Part shown: positions 15,001 through 30,401 of the stretch, piece by piece
Layout: every line of letters starts with the position of its first letter
Position numbering within the stretch: the first letter of the stretch is position 1
DNA from: Eledone cirrhosa
Lineage: Eukaryota
Direction: 5' to 3'
Assembly: GCA_964016885.1 (NCBI GenBank)
Contig: OZ024740.1
Location: 32,922,001-32,986,000 of the forward strand
Length of the DNA stretch: 64,000 nt
The notes under the pieces: model-generated
Databases searched by the model: none
What the model was told of the DNA's origin: nothing
The model's input: the letters and a program-made list of their open reading frames with translations, nothing else
Translations under genes and position numbers: made by a program

Positions 15001-18000
15001 GAGACAGTATGTAACAAGTGAGAGAGACAGTATGTAACAGGTGAGAGAGACAATATGTAACAGGTGAGAGAGACAGTATGTAACAAGTGATAGACACAGT
15101 ATGTAACAGGTGATAGAGACAGTATGTAACAGGTGAGAGAGACAGTATGTAACAGGTGAGAGAGACAGTATGTAACAGGTGAGAGAGACAATATGTAACA
15201 GGTGAGAGACAGTACGTAACAGGTGAGAGAGACAATATGTAACAGGTGAGAGAGACAGTATGTAACAAGTGAGAGACAGTATATAACAGGTGATAGAGAC
15301 AGTATGTAACAAGTGAGAGAGACAGTATGTAACAAGTGAGAGACACAGTATGTAACATCTGAGAGAGACAGTATGTAACAGGTGAAAGGGACAGTATGTA
15401 ACATGTGACAGACAGTATGTAACATGTGAGAGACAGTATGTAACAGGTGAGAGAGACAGTATGTAACATGTGAGAGACAGTATGTAACATGTGAGACTGT
15501 ATGTAACAGGTGAGAGAGACAGTATGTAACAGGTGAGAGAGACAGTATGTAACAGGTGAGAGAGACAGTATGTAACAGGTGAGAGAGACAGTATGTAACA
15601 GGTGAGAGAGTCAGTATGTAACAGGTGAGAGAGACAGTATGTAACAGGTGAGAGAGACAGAATCTAACAGGTGAGAGAGACAGAATCTAACAGGTGAGAG
15701 AGACAGAATCTAACAGGTGAGAGGGACAGTATGTAACAGGTGAGAGAGACAGTATGTAACAGGTGAGATAGACAGTATGTAACAGATGAGAGAGACACTA
15801 TGTAACAGGGAGAGAGACAGTATGTAACAGGTGAGAGGGACAGTATGTAACAGGTGAGAGACACCGTATGTAACAGGTGAGAGACACCGTATGTAACAGG
15901 TGAGAGACACCGTATGTAACAGGTGACAGACACAGTATATAACAGGTGAGAGAGACAGTATGTAACAGGTGAGAGGGACAGTATGTAACAGTTGAGAGAC
16001 ACAGTATGTAACAGGTGAGGACAGTATGTAACAGGTGAGAGAGACAGTAGGTAACATGTGAGAGGGACAGTATGTAACAGGTGAGAGAGACAGTATGTAA
16101 CAGGTGAGAGAGACAGTATGTAACAGGTGAGAGAGACAGTATGTAACAGGTGAGAGGGACAGTATGTAACAGGTGAGAGGGACAGTATGTAACAGGTGAG
16201 AGAGACAGTATGTAACAGGTGAGAGAGTCAGTATGTAACAGGTGAGAGAGTCAGTATGTAACAGGTGAGAGGGACAGTAACAGGTGAGAGAGTCAGTATG
16301 TAACAGGTGAGAGAGACAGTATGTAACAGGTGAGAGGGACAGTATGTAACAGGTGAGAGAGACAGTATGTAACAGGTGAGAGAGTCAGTATGTAACAGGT
16401 GAGAGGGACAGTATGTAACAGGTGAGAGGGTCAGTATGTAACAGGTGAGAGGGACAGTATGTAACAGGTGAGAGAGACAGTATGTAACAAGTGAGAGAGA
16501 CAGTATGTAACAGGTGATAGAGACAGTATGTAACAAGTGAGAGAGACAGTATGTAACAGGTGAGAGACAATATGTAACAGGTGAGAGAGACAGTATGTAA
16601 CAAGTGAGAGACAGAGTATGTAACAGGTGATAGAGACAGTATGTAACAAGTGAGAGAGACAGTATGTAACAAGTGAGAGACGCAGTATGTAACATGTGAG
16701 AGAGACAGTATGTAACAGGTGAGAGAGACAATATGTAACAGGTGAGAGAGACAGTATGTAACAAGTGAGAGACACAGTATGTAACAGGTGATAGAGACAG
16801 TATGTAACAAGTGAGAGAGACAGTATGTAACAAGTGAGAGACACAGTATGTAACATGTGAGAGAGACAGTATGTAACAGGTGAGAGAGACAGTATGTAAC
16901 AGGTGAGAGACAGTATGTAACAGGTGAGAGAGACAATATGTAACAGGTGAGACACAGTATGTAACAGGTGAGAGAGACAATATGTAACAGGTGAGAGAGA
17001 CAGTATGTAACAAGTGAGAGACACAGTATGTAACAGGTGATAGAGACAGTATGTAACAAGTGAGAGAGACAGTATGTAACAAGTGAGAGACACAGTATGT
17101 AACATGTGAGAGAGACAGTATGTAACAGGTGAGAGAGACAATATGTAACAGGTGAGAGAGACAGTATGTAACAAGTGAGAGACACAGTATGTAACAGGTG
17201 ATAGAGACAGTATGTAACAAGTGAGAGAGACAGTATGTAACAAGTGAGAGACACAGTATGTAACATGTGAGAGAGACAGTATGTAACAGGTGAGAGGGAC
17301 AGTATGTAACATGTGACAGACAGTATGTAACATGTGAGAGACAGTATGTAACAGGTGAGAGAGACAGTATGTAACATGTGAGAGACAGTATGTAACATGT
17401 GAGACAGTATGTAACAGGTGAGAGAGACAGTATGTAACAGGTGAGAGAGACAGTATGTAACAGGTGAGAGAGTCAGTATGTAACAGGTGAGAGAGTCAGT
17501 ATGTAACAGGTGAGAGAGACAGTATGTAACAGGTGAGAGAGACAGTATGTAACAGGTGAGAGAGACAGAATCTAACAGGTGAGAGAGACAGAATCTAACA
17601 GGTGAGAGACAGAATCTAACAGGTGAGAGAGACAGAATCTGACAGGTGAGAGGGACAGTATGTAACAGGTGAGAGAGACAGTATGTAACAGGTGAGATAG
17701 ACAGTATGTAACAGATGAGAGAGACACTATGTAACAGGGAGAGAGACAGTATGTAACAGGTGAGAGGGACAGTATGTAACAGGTGAGAGGGACAGTATGT
17801 AACAGGTAGACACCGTATGTAACAGGTGACAGACACAGTATGTAACAGGTGAGAGAGACAGTATGTAACAGGTGAGAGGGACAGTATGTAACAGGTGAGA
17901 GACACAGTATGTAACAGGTGAGGACAGTATGTAACAGGTGAGAGAGACAGTAGATAACAGGTGAGAGGGACAGTATGTAACAGGTGAGAGAGACAGTATG

Positions 18001-21000
18001 TAACAGGTGAGAGAGACAGTATGTAACAGGTGAGAGGGACAGTATGTAACAGGTGAGAGGGACAGTATGTAACAGGTGAGAGAGACAGTATGTAACAGGT
18101 GAGAGGGACAGTATGTAACATGTGAGAGACAGTATGTAACAGGTGAGAGACAGTATGTAACAGGTGAGAGACAGTATGTAACAGGTGAGAGACAGTATGT
18201 AACATGTGAGAGACAGTATGTAACATGTGAGACAGTATGTAACAGGTGAGAGAGACAGTATGTAACAGGTGAGAGAGACAGTATGCAACAGGTGAGAGAG
18301 ACAGTATGTAACAGGTGAGAGACAGTATGTAACAGGTGAGAGACAGTATGTAACAGGTGAGAGAGACAATATGTAACAGGTAAGAGACAGTATGTAACAG
18401 GTGAGACAGACAATATGTAACAGGTGAGAGAGACAGTATGTAACAAGTGAGAGACACAGTATGTAACATGTGATAGAGACAGTATGTAACAAGTGAGAGA
18501 GACAGTATGTAACAAGTGAGAGACACAGTATGTAACATGTGAGAGAGATAGTATGTAACAGTTGAGATAGACAATATGTAACAGGTGAGAGAGACAGTAT
18601 GTAACAAGTGAGAGACAGTATGTAACAGGTGATAGAGACAGTATGTAACAAGTGAGAGAGACAGTATGTAACAAGTGAGAGACACAGTATGTAACATGTG
18701 AGAGAGACAGTATGTAACAGGTGAGAGAGACAATATGTAACAGGTGAGAGAGACAGTATGTAACAAGTGATAGAGACAGTATGTAACAGGTGATAGAGAC
18801 AGTACGTAACAGGTGAGGGAGACAGTATGTAACAGGTGAGAGAGACAATATGTAACAGGTGAGAGACAGTATGTAACAGGTGAGAGAGACAATATGTAAC
18901 AGGTGAGAGAGACAGTATGTAACAAGTGAGAGACACAGTATGTAACAGGTGATAGAGACAGTATGTAACAAGTGAGAGAGACAGTATGTAACAAGTGAGA
19001 GACACAGTATGTAACATGTGAGAGAGACAGTATGTAACAGGTGAGAGAGACAATATGTAACAGGTGAGAGAGACAGTATGTAACAAGTGAGAGACACAGT
19101 ATGTAACAGCTGATAGAGACAGTATGTAACAAGTGAGAGAGACAGTATGTAACAAGTGAGAGACACAGTATGTAACATGTGAGAGAGACAGTATGTAACA
19201 GGTGAGAGGGACAGTATGTAACATGTGACAGACAGTATGTAACATGTGAGAGACAGTATGTAACAGGTGAGAGAGACAGTATGTAACATGTGAGAGACAG
19301 TATGTAACATGTGAGACAGTATGTAACAGGTGAGAGAGACAGTATGTAACAGGTGAGAGAGACAGTATGTAACAGGTGAGAGAGACAGTATGTAACAGGT
19401 GAGAGACAGTATGTAACAGGTGAGAGACAGTATGTAACAGGTGAGAGTCCGTATGTAACAGGTGAGAGGGACAGTATGGAACAGATGAGAGGGACAGTAT
19501 GTAACAGGTGAGAGGGACAGTATGTAACAGGTGAGAGGGACAGTATGTAACATGTGAGAGACAGTATGTAACAGGTGAGAGACAGTATGTAACAGGTGAG
19601 AGAGACAGTATGTGACAGGTGATAGAGTCAGTATGTAACAGGTGAGAGAGTCAGTATGTAACAGGTGAGAGGGACAGTATGTAACAGGTGTGAGGGACAG
19701 TATGTAACAGGTGAGAGACACAGTATGTAACAGGTGAGAGACAGTATGTAACATGTGAGAGACACAGTATGTAACAGGTGAGGACAGTATGTAACAGGTG
19801 AGAGAGACAGTAGGTAACAGGTGAGAGGGACAGTATGTAACAGGTGAGAGAGACAGTATGTAACAGGTGAGAGAGACAGTATGTAACAGGTGAGAGGGAC
19901 AGTATGTAACAGGTGAGAGGGACAGTATGTAACAGGTGAGAGAGACAGTATGTAACAGGTGAGAGAGTCAGTATGTAACAGGTGAGAGAGTCAGTATGTA
20001 ACAGGTGAGAGCGACAGTAACAGGTGAGAGAGTCAGTATGTAACAGGTGAGAGAGACAGTATGTAACAGGTGAGGACAGTATGTAACAGGTGAGAGAGAC
20101 AGTAGGTAACAGGTGAGAGGGACAGTATGTAACAGGTGAGAGAGACAGTATGTAACAGGTGAGAGAGACAGTATGTAACAGGTGAGAGAGACAGTATGTA
20201 ACAGGTGAGAGGGACAGTATGTAACAGGTGAGAGGGACAGTATGTAACAGGTGAGAGAGACAGTATGTAACAGGTGAGAGAGACAGTATGTAACAGGTGA
20301 GAGAGTCAGTATGTAACAGGTGAGAGGGACAGTAACAGGTGAGAGAGTCAGTATGTAACAGGTGAGAGAGACAGTATGTAACAGGTGAGAGGGACAGTAT
20401 GTAACAGGTGAGAGAGACAGTATGTAACAGGTGAGAGAGTCAGTATGTAACAGGTGAGAGGGACAGTATGTAACAGGTGAGAGGGACAGTATGTAACAGG
20501 TGAGAGAGTCAGTATGTAACAGGTGAGAGGGACAGTATGTAACAGGTGAGAGGGACAGTATGTAACAGGTGAGAGGGACAGTATGTAACAGGTGAGAGGG
20601 ACAGTATGTAACAGGTGAGAGGGACAGTATGTAACAGGTGAGAGGGACAGTATGTTAAAGGTGAGAGGGACAGTATGTAACAGGTGAGAGGGACAGTATG
20701 TAACAGGTGAGAGGGACAGTATGTAACAGGTGAGAGAGTCAGTATGTAATAGGTGAGAGGGACAGTATGTAACAGGTGAGAGGGACAGTATGTAACAGGT
20801 GAGAGGGACAGTATGTAACAGGTGAGAGACAGTATGGAACAGATGAGAGGGACAGTATGTAACAGGTGAGAGAGTCAGTATGTAACAGGTGAAAGAGTCA
20901 GTATGTAACAGGTGAGAGGGACAGTATGTAACAGGTGAGAGGGACAGTATGTAACATGTGAGAGGGACAGTATGTAACAGGTGAGAGAGTCAGTATGTAA

Positions 21001-24000
21001 CAGGTGAGAGAGTCAGTATGTAACAGGTGAGAGAGTCAGTATGTAACAGGTGAGAGGGACAGTATGTAACAGGTGAGAGGGACAGTATGTAACAGGTGAG
21101 AGGGACAGTATGTAACAGGTGAGAGGGACAGTATGTAACAGGTGAGAGGGACAGTATGTAACAGGTGAGAGAGACAGTATGTAACAGGTGAGAGAGACAG
21201 TATGTAACAGGTGAGAGGGACAGTATGTAATAGGTGAGAGGGACAGTATGTAACAGGTGAGAGGGACAGTATGTAACAGGTGAGAGAGACAGTATGTAAC
21301 AGGTGAGAGGGACAGTATGTAACAGGTGAGAGGGAGAGTATGTAACAGGTGAGAGGGACAGTATGTAACAGGTGAGAGGGACCGTATGTAACAAGTGAGA
21401 GAGACAGTATGTAACAAGTGAGAGACACAGTATGTAACATGTGAGAGAGACAGTATGTAACAGGTGAGAGAGACAATATGTAACAGGTGAGAGAGACAGT
21501 ATGTAACAAGTGAGAGACACAGTATGTAACAGGTGATAGAGACAGTATGTAACAAGTGAGAGAGACAGTATGTAACAAGTGAGAGACACAGTATGTAACA
21601 TGTGAGAGAGACAGTATGTAACAGGTGAGAGAGACAGTATGTAACAGGTGAGAGAGACAATATGTAACAAGTGAGAGAGACAGTAACAAGTGAGAGACAC
21701 AGTATGTAACAGGTGATAGAGACAGTATGTAACAGGTGAAAGAGACAGTATGTAACAAGTGAGAGACACAGTATGTAACATGTGAGAGAGACAGTATGTA
21801 ACAGGTGAGAGACAGTATGTAACAGGTGAGAGAGACAATATGTAACAGGTGAGAGAGACAGTATGTAACAAGTGAGAGACACAGTATGTAACAGGTGATA
21901 GAGACAGTATGTAACAAGTGAGAGAGACAGTATGTAACAAGTGAGAGACACAGTATGTAACATGTGAGAGAGACAGTATGTAACATGTGAGAGAGACAGT
22001 ATGTAACATGTGAGAGACAGTATGTAACATGTGAGAGACAGTATGTAACAGGTGAGAGGGACAGTATGTAACATGTGAGAGACAGTATGTAACAGGTGAG
22101 AGAGACAGTATGTAACATGTGAGAGACAGTATGTAACATGTGAGACAGTATGTAACAGGTGAGAGAGACAGTATGTAACAGGTGAGAGAGACAGTATGTA
22201 ACAGGTGAGAGAGACAGTATGTAACAGGTGAGAGAGACAGTATGTAACAGGTGAGAGGGACAGTATGTAACAGGTGAGAGAGACAGTATGTAACAGGTGA
22301 GAAAGTCAGTATGTAACAGGTGAGAGAGTCAGTATGTAACAGGTGAGAGCGACAGTATGTAACAGATGAGAGAGACAGTATGTAACAGGTGAGAGAGTCA
22401 GTATGTAACAGGTGAGAGGGACAGTAACAGGTGAGAGACAGTATGTAACAGGTGAGAGGGACAGTATGTAACAGGTGAGAGAGACAGTATGTAACAGGTG
22501 AGAGTCAGTATGTAACAGGTGAGAGGGACAGTATGTAACAGGTGAGAGGGACAGTATGTAACAGGTGAGAGGGACAGTATGTAACAGGTGAGAGGGACAG
22601 TATGTAACATGTGAGAGACAGTATGTAACATGTGAGACAGTATGTAACAGGTGAGAGACAGTATGTAACAGGTGAGAGGGACAGTATGTAACAGGTGAGA
22701 GGGACAGTCAGGTGAGACGGACAGTATGTAACAGGTGAGAGGGACAGTATGTAACAGGTGAGAGAGACAGTATGTAACAGGTGAGAGGGACAGTATGTAA
22801 CAGGTGAGAAGGAGAGTATGTAACAGGTGAGAGGGACAGTATGTAACAGGTGAGAGGGACAGTATGTAACAGGTGAGAGAGTCAGTATGTAACATGTGAG
22901 AGAGACAGTATGTAACAAGTGAGAGGGACAGTATGTAACAGGTGAGAGGGACAGTATGTAACATGTGAGAGACAGTATGTAACAGGTGAGAGAGACAGTA
23001 TGTAACAGGTGAGAGAGACAGTATGTAACAGGTGAGAGAGACAGTATGTAACAGGTGAGAGACAGTATGTAACAGGTCAGAGATAGTATGTAACAGGTGA
23101 GAGAGACAATATGTAACAGGTGAGAGAGACAATATGTAACAGGTGAGAAAGACAGTATGTAACAAGTGAGAGACACAGTATGTAACAGGTGAGAGAGACA
23201 GTATGTAACAAGTGAGAGAGACAGTATGTAACAAGTGAGAGACACAGTATGTAACATGTGAGAGAGACAGTATGTAACAAGTGAGAGACACAATATGTAA
23301 CAGGTGAGAGAGACAGTATGTAACAGGTGATAGAGACAGTATGTAACAAGTGAGAGAGACAGTATGTAACAGGTGAGAGAGACAATATGTAACAGGTGAG
23401 AGAGACAGTATGTAACAAGTGATAGACACAGTATGTAACAGGTGATAGAGACAGTATGTAACAGGTGAGAGAGACAGTATGTAACAGGTGAGAGAGACAG
23501 TATGTAACAGGTGAGAGAGACAATATGTAACAGGTGAGAGACAGTACGTAACAGGTGAGAGAGACAATATGTAACAGGTGAGAGAGACAGTATGTAACAA
23601 GTGAGAGACAGTATATAACAGGTGATAGAGACAGTATGTAACAAGTGAGAGAGACAGTATGTAACAAGTGAGAGACACAGTATGTAACATCTGAGAGAGA
23701 CAGTATGTAACAGGTGAAAGGGACAGTATGTAACATGTGACAGACAGTATGTAACATGTGAGAGACAGTATGTAACAGGTGAGAGAGACAGTATGTAACA
23801 TGTGAGAGACAGTATGTAACATGTGAGACTGTATGTAACAGGTGAGAGAGACAGTATGTAACAGGTGAGAGAGACAGTATGTAACAGGTGAGAGAGACAG
23901 TATGTAACAGGTGAGAGAGTCAGTATGTAACAGGTGAGAGAGACAGTATGTAACAGGTGAGAGAGACAGAATCTAACAGGTGAGAGAGACAGAATCTAAC

Positions 24001-27000
24001 AGGTGAGAGAGACAGAATCTAACAGGTGAGAGGGACAGTATGTAACAGGTGAGAGAGACAGTATGTAACAGGTGAGATAGACAGTATGTAACAGATGAGA
24101 GAGACACTATGTAACAGGGAGAGAGACAGTATGTAACAGGTGAGAGGGACAGTATGTAACAGGTGAGAGACACCGTATGTAACAGGTGAGAGACACCGTA
24201 TGTAACAGGTGAGAGACACCGTATGTAACAGGTGACAGACACAGTATATAACAGGTGAGAGAGACAGTATGTAACAGGTGAGAGGGACAGTATGTAACAG
24301 TTGAGAGACACAGTATGTAACAGGTGAGGACAGTATGTAACAGGTGAGAGAGACAGTAGGTAACATGTGAGAGGGACAGTATGTAACAGGTGAGAGAGAC
24401 AGTATGTAACAGGTGAGAGAGACAGTATGTAACAGGTGAGAGAGACAGTATGTAACAGGTGAGAGGGACAGTATGTAACAGGTGAGAGGGACAGTATGTA
24501 ACAGGTGAGAGAGACAGTATGTAACAGGTGAGAGAGTCAGTATGTAACAGGTGAGAGAGTCAGTATGTAACAGGTGAGAGGGACAGTAACAGGTGAGAGA
24601 GTCAGTATGTAACAGGTGAGAGAGACAGTATGTAACAGGTGAGAGGGACAGTATGTAACAGGTGAGAGAGACAGTATGTAACAGGTGAGAGAGTCAGTAT
24701 GTAACAGGTGAGAGGGACAGTATGTAACAGGTGAGAGGGTCAGTATGTAACAGGTGAGAGGGACAGTATGTAACAGGTGAGAGAGACAGTATGTAACAAG
24801 TGAGAGAGACAGTATGTAACAGGTGATAGAGACAGTATGTAACAAGTGAGAGAGACAGTATGTAACAGGTGAGAGACAATATGTAACAGGTGAGAGAGAC
24901 AGTATGTAACAAGTGAGAGACAGAGTATGTAACAGGTGATAGAGACAGTATGTAACAAGTGAGAGAGACAGTATGTAACAAGTGAGAGACGCAGTATGTA
25001 ACATGTGAGAGAGACAGTATGTAACAGGTGAGAGAGACAATATGTAACAGGTGAGAGAGACAGTATGTAACAAGTGAGAGACACAGTATGTAACAGGTGA
25101 TAGAGACAGTATGTAACAAGTGAGAGAGACAGTATGTAACAAGTGAGAGACACAGTATGTAACATGTGAGAGAGACAGTATGGAACAGGTGAGAGAGACA
25201 GTATGTAACAGGTGAGAGACAGTATGTAACAGGTGAGAGAGACAATATGTAACAGGTGAGACACAGTATGTAACAGGTGAGAGAGACAATATGTAACAGG
25301 TGAGAGAGACAGTATGTAACAAGTGAGAGACACAGTATGTAACAGGTGATAGAGACAGTATGTAACAAGTGAGAGAGACAGTATGTAACAAGTGAGAGAC
25401 ACAGTATGTAACATGTGAGAGAGACAGTATGTAACAGGTGAGAGAGACAATATGTAACAGGTGAGAGAGACAGTATGTAACAAGTGAGAGACACAGTATG
25501 TAACAGGTGATAGAGACAGTATGTAACAAGTGAGAGAGACAGTATGTAACAAGTGAGAGACACAGTATGTAACATGTGAGAGAGACAGTATGTAACAGGT
25601 GAGAGGGACAGTATGTAACATGTGACAGACAGTATGTAACATGTGAGAGACAGTATGTAACAGGTGAGAGAGACAGTATGTAACATGTGAGAGACAGTAT
25701 GTAACATGTGAGACAGTATGTAACAGGTGAGAGAGACAGTATGTAACAGGTGAGAGAGACAGTATGTAACAGGTGAGAGAGTCAGTATGTAACAGGTGAG
25801 AGAGTCAGTATGTAACAGGTGAGAGAGACAGTATGTAACAGGTGAGAGAGACAGTATGTAACAGGTGAGAGAGACAGAATCTAACAGGTGAGAGAGACAG
25901 AATCTAACAGGTGAGAGACAGAATCTAACAGGTGAGAGAGACAGAATCTGACAGGTGAGAGGGACAGTATGTAACAGGTGAGAGAGACAGTATGTAACAG
26001 GTGAGATAGACAGTATGTAACAGATGAGAGAGACACTATGTAACAGGGAGAGAGACAGTATGTAACAGGTGAGAGGGACAGTATGTAACAGGTGAGAGGG
26101 ACAGTATGTAACAGGTAGACACCGTATGTAACAGGTGACAGACACAGTATGTAACAGGTGAGAGAGACAGTATGTAACAGGTGAGAGGGACAGTATGTAA
26201 CAGGTGAGAGACACAGTATGTAACAGGTGAGGACAGTATGTAACAGGTGAGAGAGACAGTAGATAACAGGTGAGAGGGACAGTATGTAACAGGTGAGAGA
26301 GACAGTATGTAACAGGTGAGAGAGACAGTATGTAACAGGTGAGAGGGACAGTATGTAACAGGTGAGAGGGACAGTATGTAACAGGTGAGAGAGACAGTAT
26401 GTAACAGGTGAGAGGGACAGTATGTAACATGTGAGAGACAGTATGTAACAGGTGAGAGACAGTATGTAACAGGTGAGAGACAGTATGTAACAGGTGAGAG
26501 ACAGTATGTAACATGTGAGAGACAGTATGTAACATGTGAGACAGTATGTAACAGGTGAGAGAGACAGTATGTAACAGGTGAGAGAGACAGTATGCAACAG
26601 GTGAGAGAGACAGTATGTAACAGGTGAGAGACAGTATGTAACAGGTGAGAGACAGTATGTAACAGGTGAGAGAGACAATATGTAACAGGTAAGAGACAGT
26701 ATGTAACAGGTGAGACAGACAATATGTAACAGGTGAGAGAGACAGTATGTAACAAGTGAGAGACACAGTATGTAACATGTGATAGAGACAGTATGTAACA
26801 AGTGAGAGAGACAGTATGTAACAAGTGAGAGACACAGTATGTAACATGTGAGAGAGATAGTATGTAACAGTTGAGATAGACAATATGTAACAGGTGAGAG
26901 AGACAGTATGTAACAAGTGAGAGACAGTATGTAACAGGTGATAGAGACAGTATGTAACAAGTGAGAGAGACAGTATGTAACAAGTGAGAGACACAGTATG

Positions 27001-30000
27001 TAACATGTGAGAGAGACAGTATGTAACAGGTGAGAGAGACAATATGTAACAGGTGAGAGAGACAGTATGTAACAAGTGATAGAGACAGTATGTAACAGGT
27101 GATAGAGACAGTACGTAACAGGTGAGGGAGACAGTATGTAACAGGTGAGAGAGACAATATGTAACAGGTGAGAGACAGTATGTAACAGGTGAGAGAGACA
27201 ATATGTAACAGGTGAGAGAGACAGTATGTAACAAGTGAGAGACACAGTATGTAACAGGTGATAGAGACAGTATGTAACAAGTGAGAGAGACAGTATGTAA
27301 CAAGTGAGAGACACAGTATGTAACATGTGAGAGAGACAGTATGTAACAGGTGAGAGAGACAATATGTAACAGGTGAGAGAGACAGTATGTAACAAGTGAG
27401 AGACACAGTATGTAACAGCTGATAGAGACAGTATGTAACAAGTGAGAGAGACAGTATGTAACAAGTGAGAGACACAGTATGTAACATGTGAGAGAGACAG
27501 TATGTAACAGGTGAGAGGGACAGTATGTAACATGTGACAGACAGTATGTAACATGTGAGAGACAGTATGTAACAGGTGAGAGAGACAGTATGTAACATGT
27601 GAGAGACAGTATGTAACATGTGAGACAGTATGTAACAGGTGAGAGAGACAGTATGTAACAGGTGAGAGAGACAGTATGTAACAGGTGAGAGAGACAGTAT
27701 GTAACAGGTGAGAGAGACAGTATGTAACAGGTGAGAGACAGTATGTAACAGGTGAGAGACAGTATGTAACAGGTGAGAGTCCGTATGTAACAGGTGAGAG
27801 GGACAGTATGGAACAGATGAGAGGGACAGTATGTAACAGGTGAGAGGGACAGTATGTAACAGGTGAGAGGGACAGTATGTAACATGTGAGAGACAGTATG
27901 TAACAGGTGAGAGACAGTATGTAACAGGTGAGAGAGACAGTATGTGACAGGTGATAGAGTCAGTATGTAACAGGTGAGAGAGTCAGTATGTAACAGGTGA
28001 GAGGGACAGTATGTAACAGGTGAGAGGGACAGTATGTAACAGGTGAGAGACACAGTATGTAACAGGTGAGAGACAGTATGTAACATGTGAGAGACACAGT
28101 ATGTAACAGGTGAGGACAGTATGTAACAGGTGAGAGAGACAGTAGGTAACAGGTGAGAGGGACAGTATGTAACAGGTGAGAGAGACAGTATGTAACAGGT
28201 GAGAGAGACAGTATGTAACAGGTGAGAGGGACAGTATGTAACAGGTGAGAGGGACAGTATGTAACAGGTGAGAGAGACAGTATGTAACAGGTGAGAGAGT
28301 CAGTATGTAACAGGTGAGAGAGTCAGTATGTAACAGGTGAGAGCGACAGTAACAGGTGAGAGAGTCAGTATGTAACAGGTGAGAGAGACAGTATGTAACA
28401 GGTGAGGACAGTATGTAACAGGTGAGAGAGACAGTAGGTAACAGGTGAGAGGGACAGTATGTAACAGGTGAGAGAGACAGTATGTAACAGGTGAGAGAGA
28501 CAGTATGTAACAGGTGAGAGAGACAGTATGTAACAGGTGAGAGGGACAGTATGTAACAGGTGAGAGGGACAGTATGTAACAGGTGAGAGAGACAGTATGT
28601 AACAGGTGAGAGAGACAGTATGTAACAGGTGAGAGAGTCAGTATGTAACAGGTGAGAGGGACAGTAACAGGTGAGAGAGTCAGTATGTAACAGGTGAGAG
28701 AGACAGTATGTAACAGGTGAGAGGGACAGTATGTAACAGGTGAGAGAGACAGTATGTAACAGGTGAGAGAGTCAGTATGTAACAGGTGAGAGGGACAGTA
28801 TGTAACAGGTGAGAGGGACAGTATGTAACAGGTGAGAGAGTCAGTATGTAACAGGTGAGAGGGACAGTATGTAACAGGTGAGAGGGACAGTATGTAACAG
28901 GTGAGAGGGACAGTATGTAACAGGTGAGAGGGACAGTATGTAACAGGTGAGAGGGACAGTATGTAACAGGTGAGAGGGACAGTATGTAACAGGTGAGAGG
29001 GACAGTATGTTAAAGGTGAGAGGGACAGTATGTAACAGGTGAGAGGGACAGTATGTAACAGGTGAGAGGGACAGTATGTAACAGGTGAGAGAGTCAGTAT
29101 GTAATAGGTGAGAGGGACAGTATGTAACAGGTGAGAGGGACAGTATGTAACAGGTGAGAGGGACAGTATGTAACAGGTGAGAGACAGTATGGAACAGATG
29201 AGAGGGACAGTATGTAACAGGTGAGAGAGTCAGTATGTAACAGGTGAAAGAGTCAGTATGTAACAGGTGAGAGGGACAGTATGTAACAGGTGAGAGGGAC
29301 AGTATGTAACATGTGAGAGGGACAGTATGTAACAGGTGAGAGAGTCAGTATGTAACAGGTGAGAGAGTCAGTATGTAACAGGTGAGAGAGTCAGTATGTA
29401 ACAGGTGAGAGGGACAGTATGTAACAGGTGAGAGGGACAGTATGTAACAGGTGAGAGGGACAGTATGTAACAGGTGAGAGGGACAGTATGTAACAGGTGA
29501 GAGTCAGTATGTAACAGGTGAGAGGGACAGTATGTAACAGGTGAGAGGGACAGTATGTAACAGGTGAGAGGGACAGTATGTAACATGTGAGAGACAGTAT
29601 GTAACAGGTGAGAGACAGTATGTAACAGGTGAGAGACAGTAACAGGTGAGAGACAGTATGTAACAGGTGAGAGACAGTATGTAACAGGTGAGAGAGACAG
29701 TATGTAACAGGTGAGAGGGACAGTATGTAACAGGTGAGAGGGACAGTATGTAACAGGTGAGAGGGACAGTATGTAACATGTGAGAGGGACAGTATGTAAC
29801 ATGTGAGAGACAGTATGTAACAGGTGAGAGACAGTATGTAACAGGTGAGAGACAGTATGTAACAGGTGAGAGAGACAATATGTAACAGGTGAGAGAGACA
29901 ATATGTAACAGGTGAGAGAGACAATATGTAACAGGTGAGAGAGACAATATGTAACAGGTGAGAGAGACAATATGTAACAGGTGAGAGAGACAGTATGTAA

Positions 30001-30147
30001 CAGGTGAGAGAGACAATATGTAACAGGTGAGAGAGACAATATGTAACAGGTGAGAGAGATATGTAACAGGTGAGCGACAGTATGTAACAGGTGAGAGACA
30101 GTATGTAACAAGTGAGAGACAGTATGTAACAGGTGAGAAAGACAGTA
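1..30147. repeat. 23-bp tandem satellite, consensus CAGTATGTAACAGGTGAGAGAGA, running off the left edge
   Basis: Continuous head-to-tail monomers. 21- and 19-bp variants arise from the GA run; recurrent variants include GGGAC, GAGTC, AACAAG, AACATG and GAATCT. Ends abruptly at ...GAGAAAGACAGTA (~30147). Confidence 0.99.
12700..29480. repeat. ~8.3-kb tandem duplication inside the 23-bp satellite (approx. 12.7-21.05 kb and 21.05-29.5 kb)
   Basis: Paired ORF-track entries and rare variants are offset by 8309, 8332, 8355 or 8378 bp, i.e. in steps of 23: 16002/24311, 15490/23822, 13784/22139; TGTTAAAG 20653/29008; AATAGG 12851/21229. Confidence 0.93.
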
Positions 30148-30236
30148 ATTATGTAAGCAAAGCAACATTATACATTTCTCAGAATAACTTCACTTATTTC
30201 AATGAATTTTTTAAAATTTGATAAGTTACATATTAA

Positions 30237-30401
30237 CCCTTTTGTTACCATATTTCTAAAGAAATACACTGGATTTTAATTCATTAATAATTTGCAAAGA
30301 ATTCTGCTAGGAGATTTTTTAACTTAAATTGAAACCCTTTAAATAGGTGGTTTAGTTTTATTATACCAGAGGCAGATTTAGACAGGTTGGTAGCGAAATG
30401 G
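30237..30401 (+). mobile_element. TTAA-flanked non-autonomous DNA transposon (piggyBac-like MITE), degraded
   Basis: Left end TTAA|CCCTTTTGTTACC. The reverse complement of the right end is TTAA|CCATTTCGCTACC (14/17 match including TTAA). A related copy lies at 34186-34415. Confidence 0.6.

Noticed and set aside
1-30147. CRISPR-like array (short repeats of 23 bp; also the 32-bp array)
   Set aside because: There are no unique spacers and no cas genes, and the context is eukaryotic. These are plain tandem satellites.
1119-30168. Dozens of long minus-strand ORFs (up to 1130 aa) of LLHTVSLTCYILSLSPVTYCLSH repeats
   Set aside because: The 23-bp consensus has no stop codon on the minus strand, so all three frames are open. 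Frequent 2-bp indels show no frame conservation.
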